NCBI GenBank assembly: GCA_046563655.1
Contig: CM102286.1
Location: 12,524,001 to 12,588,000 of the forward strand
Length of the DNA stretch: 64,000 nt
Direction: 5' to 3'
From: Yuukianura sp. NJ FZ-2021
Taxonomy: Eukaryota
Each line of letters opens with the position of its first letter. Position 1 is the first letter of the stretch. Both the position numbers and the translations under genes were made by a program. Under the pieces are notes generated by a model, which saw nothing but the letters and a program-made list of their open reading frames with translations, had not been told where the DNA came from and searched no databases. Shown piece after piece: positions 38,829 to 49,790 of this stretch.

Positions 38829-39607
38829 CCGTAAGATTTCTGGTAAACGGTCAGTTATATGGAATTTAAGGCTAGGAAAACCATTCTAATGAAAATTTCC
38901 TGTTTCGAAGTTTAAATTATATAATTAATATTAATATATATAATATTCATATATTATTGCTAATTATATGTGATATCTATATATGTATCAATATTGTGTT
39001 TGTGCGCAGTTTGTGCGCAGTAGCGCAGATTGTGCGCAGTAGCGCAGATTGTGCGCAGTAGCGCAGATTGTGCGCAGTAGCGCAGATTGTGCGCAGTAGC
39101 GCAGTTTGTGCGCAGTAGCGCAGATTGTGCGCAGTAGCGCAGATTGTGCGCAGTAGCGGAGTTTGTACGCAGTAGCGCAGATTGTGCGCAGTAACGCAGA
39201 TTGTGCGCAGTTGCGCAGTAGCGCAGATTGTGCGCAGTAGCGCAGATTGTGCGCAGTAGCGCAGATTGTGCGCAGTAGCGCAGATTGTGCGCAGTAGCGC
39301 AGATTGTGCGCAGTAGCGCAGATTGTGCGCAGTAGCGCAGTTTGTGCGTAATAGCGCAGTTTGTGCGTAATAGCGCAGATTGTGCGCAGTAGCGCAGATT
39401 GTGCGCAGTAGCGCAGATTGTGCGCAGTAGCGCAGATTGTGCGCAGTAGCGCAGATTGTGCGCAGTAGCGCAGATTGTACGCAGTAGCGCAGATTGTGCG
39501 CAGTTGCGCAGATTGTGCTAAAAAAAAATTAACCAAAAAAAAAACAATCGTAAAAAATAAGCCGGTAAACTGAAACATACGTTCGCTCCAAAATCAAAAT
39601 TTTACGG
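38829..39607. mobile_element. Inner TA-flanked non-autonomous element (CCGTA ends) carrying a minisatellite
   Basis: Ends CCGTAAGATTT and AAATTTTACGG (10/11 inverted match), with TA at 38827-38828 and 39608-39609. The terminal motif is the same as in the MITE at 31981. Confidence 0.6.
38999..39518. repeat. 19-bp GC-rich minisatellite, about 27 copies of GCAGTAGCGCAGATTGTGC
   Basis: Directly visible, near-perfect tandem array with a few point variants and one partial unit near 39205-39215; no spacers. Confidence 0.97.
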
Positions 39608-40445
39608 TACCGCGACTTCGAGTGAAAGTGAAAAAGAGGAGGAGCTCCTGTCCCTTATTTGGAAATTCCACTGTATTTATAACTGTGTAGTGTAAAAGTT
39701 ACTGTACTCGTAATGGGTATACCATCTCGTTGTTGCTTCATATATCTATTGCATTGTCTGTTTTTGAGAGGGAAGGAGAGGGGAGGGGAGAGGGGACGGT
39801 CGTCTCATCTCATCTTGGTGTATCAGTATCGGCTCGGCTCTAATCGGAAACTCCGAGTAGGAATTCATCCGCTCTGCGTTTTTACGATGCATTAAGTAAC
39901 GAAATAGTAAGGACAGAGCGTTACAGTCCCAAAAACTATTCTACTGAATAAGTTGCCAGTGCCAGTGCCAATTTCATAATGTAGTTTTCAGTGGGCAAAG
40001 TCATTTCCTCGTGAAGTGGAGCCGGTGATAAAGTAGGAGATTTGCGGTACTAACATTTGTGATTTTCTGTAGTCTGCGCCATCTATGTTTTAGTACAACA
40101 GCTCAGCTGGTAGCCCGCGAAAAATATGAACTAGTGCCCCATCACGTGATGTGTGTATCGAATCAAAAAAATTGCAGCAGCAAAAACACAAGTAGTCCAA
40201 GTCCGTGATTTATCAAATTCTAAATTGAAAAACAGATCACTCCATATCGTCATCATTTTCATAAACTGAAATCATCAGTGTTTGTTTAGTATGAACAAAC
40301 AGTGCCAGTGGTACGACAGCTACTGAATTCCGCCGTTCACTTGTTGGAGCCGGGCAATGCGGTTACGGCCCCTGTGAAGTCTTCAGTGCTGATAAATTTG
40401 GAACTGGAGCTTTTTACTAGATTCGGTCGGTCCCGGTGGTGGTAA

Positions 40446-41281
40446 ATGTCGAGGATTATTGACAAAATCAAGAGTATCGTTGGTCTCAACTTCAATAAGT
40501 CGTCTCCGAAAATTAAAGAAATGGTTAAGCCGGACGTAATTTTGAGTGCTGGGGCACAGGTGACGTTAGTATTCGTAAACTCGTTATGTTAAACATACAC
40601 ATAATCATATTAGTTAAACTATTCTTTACTCGACTGTCATCAGTTATATGCTACCTTTGCCTTACTTCAACTTTTTATCACGTGCCACTTTTTTCATTTC
40701 TCTAAAAAGAAATTAGTTAAACTATTCTTTACTCGACTGTCATCAGTTATATGCTATAGCGGTGCAGGATAGTTTGGAATCTTAATCCTAATCAATTTCT
40801 GTTCGGTATTTGTTTTTGCAGATGTTAAGAACTATGAAGCCACATGCACCCATGATTAAGTTTCGTGCTGGTAGCGGTGCTGGTGCACATTTCGTTGCAG
40901 GTAATAGAAATACAAGTTGAACGTTTCTAATTGCTCTGTGGTACCAAAAATATACCCTGGTAGAATTGTAAAGTGAAACACGACGTTTGATATTTCATTT
41001 TGTTTACAGAGCGAGGAGCCGCTGGAGGTTCACCCAGTCCTAGTCAAGCATCACAACAAAAGCCTGTCGCTTCAGGTTCAACCGTCACGGTGGAAGACTG
41101 GCAATTACCAAGACGATACCAGAGGAGACCTATATCGGAGGAAGAAATAGCCTACATCAATGTAAGTCCATCTTTTCTCTTTGATTTGTAGGACTAGGAC
41201 TAGGACTAAGACATGAATCGGATCATGATTTGCTCAATTTTAACAACTTGGTCGTTATTTCAGCGAGGTGGTCCTGAATAG
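40446..41281 (+). CDS. MRPS36: MRPS36/KGD4, alpha-ketoglutarate dehydrogenase component 4, about 120 aa
   Basis: Exons 40446-40559, 40822-40900, 41010-41161, 41264-41281. Motifs KPHAPMIKFR and QLPRRYQRRPISEEEIAYINRGGPE* match the family N- and C-terminal signatures. The first exon and start codon are less certain. Confidence 0.9.
40609..40756. repeat. 45-bp exact direct repeat in MRPS36 intron 1
   Basis: ATTAGTTAAACTATTCTTTACTCGACTGTCATCAGTTATATGCTA occurs at 40609-40653 and 40712-40756. Confidence 0.9.
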
Positions 41282-41521
41282 TGACGTTACTCCTGATTTA
41301 AAGCTTCAATTGTTTTACCGTTCACAAGGTTTATTTACGTAGTACCATAATTTCGTCTCTTCATCTCAAGCAGAAGTTCAAAATACGGATTATGGTCTAG
41401 CAGTACCCCTTACCACGTATTGACAGCCAAAATTCAATTGCCTTATCGTATTACTTCCCACAAGTGTAGCCGAATAAATCAACGAATGTCGTGATCACTT
41501 TTCCGTGTAAATGGATTTGGA

Positions 41522-43779
41522 TTAAAGGCAGTATCCAGCTCCGTTTGGCGGGGAGACTTGGTATCCTCGTCGAAGTAAACGGCAGCGGTGTTCTTCTAGT
41601 CGACTTTCAGCATCATGCAAATCAGTTACAGATTCTGCTGACCACAGTCGCTCTGCAGGGGCAGCAGCTCTAGGCCAAGTCCTTGGTATGATATTTGTGT
41701 CATCCACATATTCAGCCCAGATTGCAGGTCCTCCTCCCATGATAAGTCTTTTCTGTTCCGGGGTACCCGTGAAATTGTAAGGTTCACACTTATAGTAGGT
41801 TTCCCAGTCAGGCCCATACGAAATTATGTCGAGGTACCAGCAAGCGGACAGTACTGCTCTGTAGCCTGCCGAGTTTCAGTTAAAGTAAGTTATTAGAATC
41901 ATTTCTCGAATTTATGAAAGAATCATATTTCGGGTTTGAATAATTTGTACCTTTTGCTGTTACGTTTGCTAGTTCTCCCATTGCATCATCATTAATCCAA
42001 ACATGGATGATAGTGTTCGGAACCATCTTAACATTATTGTCAAACACTTCCTGCCAAACTATACAAGACTTGTTCTTAGGAAGCGATGCTATTTGATCCA
42101 CCAATTTCTGCATGTAGATTTCTTCCAGGCGTGTATAGTCGTTACCGAAGCCCATCTTTTGCATGAATTCTTGAATCTCAGGATTGCTTTCCCTGTTAAA
42201 TAATCGCTTAGTAATAGGTCACTTTATTTAGACTTATTTCTATTAATTCATGGTTTTTAATTTCATACCAGCAAGTAAAATCTACTTCATCTCCGCCCAA
42301 ATGGATATATCTGTCTGGGAAAACTTTGGCAACTTCGCTAAACAGTTTGCGCAGGAACTCATAGTTTTGCAGCACAATAGGATTAGCGGGACCATATTCT
42401 CCAGTAGGTACGCCAGTAGTTTTGTTGTAGCATTTCGTTAGGAAATTGGGAATTGAAATCCACGATTGAGTGTGTCCTAGACAATTAGTCGGCAGTTATA
42501 ATGTTTTCAGTTTTCTTGTTTTCCTTAGATACGGTAGGGCTTACCCGGTGAATCAAATTCAGGGATAACCCGGATTCCGCGATAAGCGGCATACTCTATT
42601 ACGTCTGCGATGTCTTTCTGCGTGTAAACATGCGTAAATGGGTGGTAGGCTCCTTTGTTGCTCAATTCAGGGAATGTTATGCTTTGGTAAGGGAAGGATT
42701 GGTCGTCGACAATGTGCCAGTGCAATATGTTCAGTTTGTTCATTGCCATCAAATCCAAGTTTTTATAAATCGTGTCCATCGACAGGAAATGCCGAGCTGT
42801 GTCAATCAACAGAGATCTGTGTGGGAAGCGCGGGTAGTCGGCGATTAGGATACTTGCGATTTGGAGCTAGATGAGAAAATTAAGCACAATTTTTCAATAT
42901 TTTTATGATTTTTTTTTTGTTGAGGTTAAGAGGTCAAGTAGTCTGTTACAGAAGTGTAGTGGGGGTTCGGATGTAACAGTTGTGAAAACGTTTCCAATGC
43001 TCTTAGGATTCCCCAGTTACTTGAAGCGGTGATTAGGGCTAACATTGAACAAAGACAAAGGAAATGTCAATAAGGTCAATGCAAAAGTTGGTTTGGTTAA
43101 TAATTCCATTGTGTCAGGCGGGTTCTTGTTCTTACCTTGTCCAGGGTAGTCCGGTGAGTTAATTTTCAGTTCATCTGTTTTAGAAGTTTTTAAAAATGTA
43201 GTTTTAAAAATTTGAACAATCGAATTTATATTCTATTTTGTTAAGATAGCTCACAAGATTCATCCATTTCCTCATGCGGCATATCTTCACATCGGTCCAT
43301 AAGATGTACGTTAATAATGTCAAGATATTTAGCATCTTCCAGGTCGTTGTCAGCAGAGTCGAGGTCATTGAGGAACATGTAACTGTTGGAGCTTCGACGG
43401 TTCTTCCTCAGGAATCGATGTTCGTTCATGATGATGTTATAGTATCGCTTCAGTCCCTCATCAAGGACCTTGCAAGTTCGGTCCACAATCTGTAGGATAA
43501 TCAAAATTAAAGAATTCTTCAAAATCGTAGGGCTATTTTTGAAATATTGCTTTTGCTTGCTCTAGTTTTATAATTGTTAACCTTAAGTTGTAGCAATGGA
43601 GGGCGGACTTGTAGGAAATTCGATCCGTAAGTCACTGAAAGTTGAGGTTTTGGCCACGGTTGGCCACGGGATTGTTGAACTACTGGACCCATTTTCCCCA
43701 AATGCCTCTCATAATGTCCAGCACAATTGTGAAAAAGCAAAACACTGAAAATCAGACAAAAATAGCCAGAGAGCTTCAT
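41522..43779 (-). CDS. Beta-hexosaminidase (GH20, HEXA/HEXB-like) precursor
   Basis: Multi-exon gene. Signal peptide [21 protein letters not shown], then [67 protein letters not shown], catalytic HLGGDEV (42283-42303), IVWQEVF, WYLD and WAEYVD...[13 protein letters not shown]. Confidence 0.95.
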
Positions 43780-44254
43780 TTTTTTTTGTTAGCGTCTTTA
43801 TTGAATGAAAGTTAAACTCGAACTGAATCTTCGTCTTGGTTTTCTGCTGAAGTTTATCTGGATTTCCAGAAGGTTTTGAAGTGTAAACAGTAACATGACC
43901 GGATAATAGCCAATGGTTGTTGAGCAATAGGTTTGTTACTTTAAAAGATTAGAGAGGTCAGGAGTTCATTGTATTGGAACAGAAAGGCTTCCTCACTTCA
44001 ATTAATCCGGATTAAGTGAATGAATCAGCGCAGATGGGACGCTTGTTTTGTTGTCGACGAAATACACATGAAAAACGTTTTACGATCAAACCATTGTAAG
44101 AAAGATGATGATTCTATTCGGTTTTCGGATTACTGTTTTATTTTTATATAGTTTTTGAATGATTGTATTTTTTTTGTATGGAAGTTGATTATTAATGTGA
44201 TAGTATTTGAAACGTAAAGTTTTTTTTTGTATTGGTTATTTTTAGTTTTGTGCT

Positions 44255-46186
44255 TTAGTTGGTGCAACGTTTGTTGTAATTCTGGTCATAGCATTTGACG
44301 CGTGGAGGCGTGCAGTCCTCCATCTTGTTTTCCACGGCAGTTCGATTGTAGCAGCATTGCGTGTCTCCACAGTTCCATTTCATGTTCGGAAAGAATTCTT
44401 GGTTTTCGCTTAAGCGATACTGGTGAGCGTGAGGTTGCGGAGCCGTACGCCAGTCATACGGTTGTACGTGACCTGGAACAGCAGTGTCAATCCGCATTTT
44501 GACGAATTCGTCGGCCAATTTGTCCCGTTCATATTCTTCAATAGTTTGTCGTTTGGCTGAGGCACCTTCCGGTTCGGTTTCTCCAGTTTCAGTGTCCGTG
44601 TCAGTGCGAACAATGTTCAGTTTCCCAGTATCTGGATCGTAACGGACTTCGCGTTCTCCATCGTCGTCTTCGCCTTCTTCTGCCTCTTGACGCTGGAATT
44701 CAACAAAAGGTACGTGTTAAAATTCCATTGCTTTTTAGTTAATAGGCTGAAAAATTGCTCAGAAATTGAGTCGTAGCGATTGTAATAGTTTGGGTTTTAC
44801 TCGTCGTTCTTCTTCTGAGATTGGTTTGATGTTTTCTGCGTGGATTTTTGCATTGAACTTGGCTTTTGCAGCCACTTCTGGATCAGGTTTGGGCCAGCCC
44901 CGCTCGGTGTCAATGACCCAATGATTTTCCCAAGTGACTTTCTTAACTCGGTTGCGTTTTGTGTGGACCGTGACTTCGTATTCGCAGCCGAAATATGTTT
45001 CCACAGGATAGTTTGGTTCGATGGACAGGTTGTTGCCGCTGAGAGCATGCTGGAGTAGCATCCGTTTCTTGAGCTAATTTGGTCGAGAATTTAAGAATTA
45101 GACTTCATAATTTTAGTTGGTTTTTGGGTTTTATGTGTGTGTGGATGTGTATTTTACCGGAACTGGAATTCCTAATTCAATTTTCAAGTTATCCAGTGGA
45201 TCCAACGACATCAGTCGCCACAAAGTATTTGGATTCTGGGTATCGGAGAAGCGTACGAGCGGTTTTGCAGAGTGATCAGAAGCAAAGTGGAGTGCGGCCG
45301 CTGGAGCAGAGTGGAGGTACAACTGAAAAGCACGTGTAGTTAGCTTAGTTAGTTAGTTTAGTTAGTAGCAGTTAGCCTTTGGCTGCCGTGTTTGGTGATG
45401 CAAAGTATACTTACCGGCCAGTGTTGCGTCGGCATTGCTCGAATTCGGAAAACATCGCCGTAGTGTAGGACGGAAGTGTTGTCTTCGGGGCATTCAGGCC
45501 TATGAGGATGATTGGAGAAGTTTTTTCTCTCAAACATGTAAATTGTTTCAGACGTAGTTTGCTTACCGTTCAATCACAAAGCAGTTCCTAACAACAGGGT
45601 AGAGATGCTTGGAAGCGGTGATGATGCTGTCAGTGTTTAGGTAGCCAGCGTGGTCAATAACAGTTGGTGGAACGGATGCGCTCAGAGCCAAGTGACCGCT
45701 GTCGCAGTACTTTTTGAATGGATACTCCGCTAGGGCAGTTGCGCAGTCTGGGCCTGGGGAGATGATTTGGACGCTGTCACCAAAGTAGACGAATCCATCT
45801 CTGCGTGCTGTCAATCTCACCTTGTTTAGTTAAAGTTTTGGTTAAAACGGAATTTAAAACGTTTCTGAAACATGGCTGTGCTTTAGAGTTTACCGGCTTC
45901 AACAAAATGTCCGCCATAATTTGAGACTTTTGGATTGAAAGTTCTTCACATTCTCGTTTGTTCAGGAAGTCCTTCATTTTCATCTAAAAGTTTTGAAGTT
46001 AATAGTCAGTTATGATTCATAACTTATGAAACCTTGTGAAGAATCCAGTTGAACATAATTCAGGAGTATTTTGAAACTTACCGTGTTTAGGACCGTTTGT
46101 TCGTACCAATTTCCGACGTATGTTTCTGCACTGAAAATCGTTTTGTGTGCTGGCACCACATGGGAAAGAGTAATATCTCCAATCAT
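44255..46186 (-). CDS. CFAP161: Cilia- and flagella-associated protein 161-like, with an extra C-terminal exon
   Basis: Spliced product contains YVGNWYEQ, MKDFLNKRE..ELSIQKS...LLKPVRLT..RDGFVYFGDSV, VRNCFVI, VLHYGDVF, LGIPVP and ETYFGCEYEVTVHT...NHWVI, colinear with CFAP161/C15orf26 motifs. The last exon 44692-44255 joins in phase 0. Confidence 0.88.
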
Positions 46187-46383
46187 GGCTGGAGCGTTAG
46201 TTGTTTGATTGGTGCCTCAGACTTTTGTAGGATTTGCTAGTTTTCGAATAGTCAAGAAGGAAGTTCCTCGAAAAGCAAAGTTCAAACTTTGAACATCAAA
46301 GTCAGTGCCTGTCTCTGGATTTTGATTTTTCACAGTAAGTAAGGAAGTACAAAACTAAAACATAAACAATTTATGTCTACCTA

Positions 46384-46397
46384 GTTACCATGGAAAC
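46384..46397. promoter_or_regulatory. RFX X-box upstream of CFAP161
   Basis: GTTACCATGGAAAC (minus strand GTTTCCATGGTAAC) is a canonical 14-bp X-box, about 200 bp upstream of the CFAP161 ATG. Confidence 0.8.
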
Positions 46398-46664
46398 AAT
46401 TTCGCTAACGTTCGCTACTCTTAAGTACATTTCTAGTTTTCTGATTCACGGTTTCAATAAAGAAGTATGATAAGAATTTTGCCTGAACTTGACTGTTCTT
46501 GTCACCGGACAAGGAAAACCTAGAAATGTTTATTTTCCCGAATGCTGAGAATTAAAATCATAAAAGTCATGGGTTTTAAAATATTGTTGAGTACGAAAAG
46601 CCTCGATAGCAATTGTTACCAAAATGAGGAAAGACATATGTAATTTTACGGAGCGTTGATGGCG

Positions 46665-47999
46665 TTACTTACGTTTGTTTTGAATTTTGAGACCTTGCAT
46701 GGGCATGTATGGAGGCACTGGGTCGCGGTTCGTAAACAAGGGAGAGGCAGTAGCAGAATTGGCAGCAGGAGGCGTTTGTGGATTGGGCGGAAGTGACTTT
46801 GGAATTGCACGAAATCGAATCGGGTCATCATGTTCAACAGATCTTGTTTTTTCCGGAATTTTTGGAGGACTTGGAGTTTGTTCAAATGAATTGTCGGAAG
46901 ATGAGGTTCTTTGATCTAGACGCTGTGGACTGTTTATAGTCGAACTGGATTCCGATATGTCGGCGGAATCGCTGCCATTAGCCGCTGCAGCAGCTTCTGC
47001 TTTCAATTTGGCTCGTTCCCTTGCTCGTTTGATTTTAGCTTTTTCCTAAATGTTGACATTGAAATTGAATTTACTAGACTCAAAAAGGCATGTAAAAATG
47101 AATACCTTTGCAGCCTACCTTCAAGTAAATCATTTTGGCCAGTTCTCGATCCTGAGCTTCGATTGCCATCAATTTATCTCGTTCCTCTTGTTCCATTTCT
47201 TGTTGTAGTTTACGGGCAAATTCCTATTTCAAAACGCAGAACAACATGGATTAAAAGTTAGTGAAGATTGGCATTCAGCTTTGTTTGGGGTTAATGTAAT
47301 TACGGCATCTCGTCGCTCCTGATTTAGTTTCAGTTCCTCCATGTCGAGTGCGTCGACATCAAAACCCTCTGCTTGTCCAATGTCTCTGTTCCGTTCCATT
47401 TCTCTGTCCAGAATATCAAAGTCGAGGTCATCTTCATCGCTGTGGGCTGCTGCAGCGCCAGCTCCGAGTGGTAGGACACTTTCGAATTCTGCAGCGTACA
47501 ATTTGGCAATCCGGGCATCATGTTCATCTCTGTTAGAATTGAATTCTGCTGTAAATTGGTTTGCGTGTACATTTTTTTAAAAATAAAATCTAGACTTATA
47601 TAGTTACACATACTGCTGTTGAAGCACCTTCAGTTGTCTCAGCCGTTCTTCGACAGCTTCACGTTCTTCACGTTGCTGTTCCTCTCGAGCTCGGGGAAGG
47701 TCCTCCCGGACCGTAGCATTTCGGAATCGATTGCCCGAGTAGTGTTGTGAAACTGCAATTTTGGTTCATCAATTAGCAAGCTTCTGCCAAGTCGAATCTG
47801 TTTTTATTTTACTCACTTTCTTCATTTTGGAGCTTGTACGCTAGGGCTTCATCTTCGTGTACGGCCCACTGTCGTCTAACTGAAATTTTAAAGTACAATG
47901 CCAATTTAGGGCAAATTTTGAAACTTAACTGATTTTGATTTTTAGTTTACTTTGATTGACGTGCCCTGGTCCAAGATTTGGATCACCGTTGTTCTCCAT
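46665..47999 (-). CDS. CCDC50: CCDC50 (Ymer)-like ubiquitin-binding coiled-coil protein
   Basis: Multi-exon gene. N-terminal GHVNQIRRQWAVHEDEALAYKLQNEEISQHYSGNRFRNATVREDLPRAREEQ matches the CCDC50 N-domain; MIU-like helices DAEFARKLQQE and DRELAKMI; Pro/Ser-rich tail. The stop at 46665 is supported by a minus-strand AATAAA at 46529-46534, but a GTAAGT at 46672 could allow a further exon. Confidence 0.8.
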
Positions 48000-48639
48000 T
48001 AGGATTTTAGCGTCTTCTCTTAGCTGTTCGAGTTTTAGTTTTGTTACTGTGAGAGCTACGCTGATTCCTAAGTTTTAACCTTTAGCACCATTCACACAGT
48101 CTTCTAACTTTATTTGTGAATTGTGAACATACTAATAGTGGCAGACTTCGTTACTTGGACATTATAAAAAACCAATCTGCTGTTAGGTATACTACTTCCT
48201 GTTCCGCTGCTGAGCTTGTGAAAATAACAGTGACCCTGTTTCCTTTGGCGTGACGGTCTCACGACTGGGGATGAGATCATTTGGAATATAAAGAAAAAGA
48301 CAGTGGATTTGTAGTGCTTCTTTCTGTGGATATTTGGTCTCTGTAATGGAAGCAAATTCCATCCAACCCTGCTATGGTATTTTTAATGTGTAGGGAAATG
48401 CCTTAGAGCAGAATGTTCTTGCTGAGAGATCCAATTCCAACAGGATAGGTGGATCGTTCATGTCAAAACTTTGTAGGGCTACCCAGGAGGGTTCTGTAAC
48501 AAACAGGGTGAAAATTTTCTACGTTCATTCCGGCAAATCCTCACTTGTATCGATCTGGATTTTTTTAAATTTTGAGACGAGACCATAGTTTAGATGGAGC
48601 ACGTCGAAGTATCAGATGTAATTACTTTTGAATTTTTAA

Positions 48640-49790
48640 ATTCCATCAAAATTTTGAAGGCGCGTTTTTTTTTGTTTTTTTGTTTTTTTGGCAAATTTCG
48701 ACTCTAATCGTTGAGAAATGACGTTATAAATCAGATAGCGGAAAATTGAGTCTCAGAAATCAGCGGAATGCTGAAATTTTTAACATTTTCGAAAAATTGT
48801 AAAAACTTACTTATACCTAAAATTCGTGTCTCCAAGGTGCAATACTGTGGCGAGCTAATCTCTTCGCGCGAGGATTCAGAATTAGCTAAGGTATTTTTTT
48901 TTAAATTTTTCAAAGTTCCAAAACGGAAGATCACGTTTTTGGTCGATTCTGAAAAAAATACAAAGACTATAAGTTCTCATTTTTTCTCATCGAAAGTTCG
49001 AGGGCGCGTTTTTTTTTTTTTTGGCAAGTTTTGTCTCTGATCGATGAGAACTGACGTTCTGAATATGATACTTCCCACTCGAGTCCCAGAAAACAGAAAA
49101 AACTGATATTTTAAAAAGAGTGATTTTCCTACTAAATTTTTAACGTTTTGAAATTTGGAATTGTGTAATTTAAAAAGAGTGATTTTCCTACTAAATTTTT
49201 AACGTTTTGAAATTTGGAATTATGTAATTTAAAAAGAGTGATTTTCCTACTAAATTTTTAACGTTTTGAAATTTTGAATTATGTAATTTAAAAAGAGTGA
49301 TTTTCCTACTAAATTTTTAACGTTTTGAAATTTTGAATTATGTAATTTAAAAAGAGTGATTTTCCTACTAAATTTTTAACGTATTGAAATTTGGAATTAT
49401 GTTCAGAATTACCTAAGGTCGTTTTTTAAATTTTAAAAACTCCAAAACGGAAGATCAAGTTTTTGGTCGATTCTGAAAAAAAAATACAAAGACGTTCTCA
49501 TTTTTTCAAATGTCATCCAAAGTTTGAAGGCGCGTTTTTTTCTTGGCAAGTTTTGTCTCTGATCGATGAGAACTGACGTTCTGAATATGATACTGGCCAG
49601 TCCCAGAAATCAGAAGAAACTGAAATTTTTAAAAATTTTCGAAAAATTGTAAAAATTGTATTCGTGCGTAAATTCAGAATTACCTAATCTATTTTTTTTT
49701 AATTTTAAGAACTCTAATAAGACATAACATCAAGTTTTCGGTTGATTTTGAAAAAAATACAAGAGACTATAGTTATTTATACAAATTTGG
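48640..49790. repeat. Three diverged units of about 270-345 bp in tandem
   Basis: GA(A/G)GGCGCGTTTTTT...TTGGCAA...ATCG.TGAGAA.TGACGTT recurs near 48656, 49000 and 49526. TTTTGGTCGATTCTGAAAAAAATACAAAGAC-like blocks recur near 48936, 49460 and 49735. Confidence 0.85.
49111..49402. repeat. 59-bp AT-rich tandem repeat, about 5 copies
   Basis: Unit TTAAAAAGAGTGATTTTCCTACTAAATTTTTAACGTTTTGAAATTTGGAATTATGTAAT starts at 49111, 49170, 49229, 49288 and 49347. Confidence 0.95.

Larger units (their letters stand above)
38762..39673. mobile_element. Outer TA-flanked MITE (CAGTGG ends), interrupted by an inner element
   Basis: 23-bp TIRs CAGTGGCTTTTCCCAATAAGGGA (38762-38784) and TCCCTTATTTGGAAATTCCACTG (39651-39673) with 3 mismatches; TA at 38760-38761 and 39674-39675. 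Confidence 0.75.

Noticed and set aside
38999..39518. CRISPR-like array
   Set aside because: The units abut with no unique spacers, there are no cas genes, and the context is eukaryotic.
38988..39578. 196-aa minus-strand ORF with repeats such as CAQSALLRTICATAHNLRY
   Set aside because: It is a by-product of the 19-bp minisatellite (three units = 57 nt = 19 aa), which lacks stops on that strand; there is no gene context and it lies inside a TIR element.
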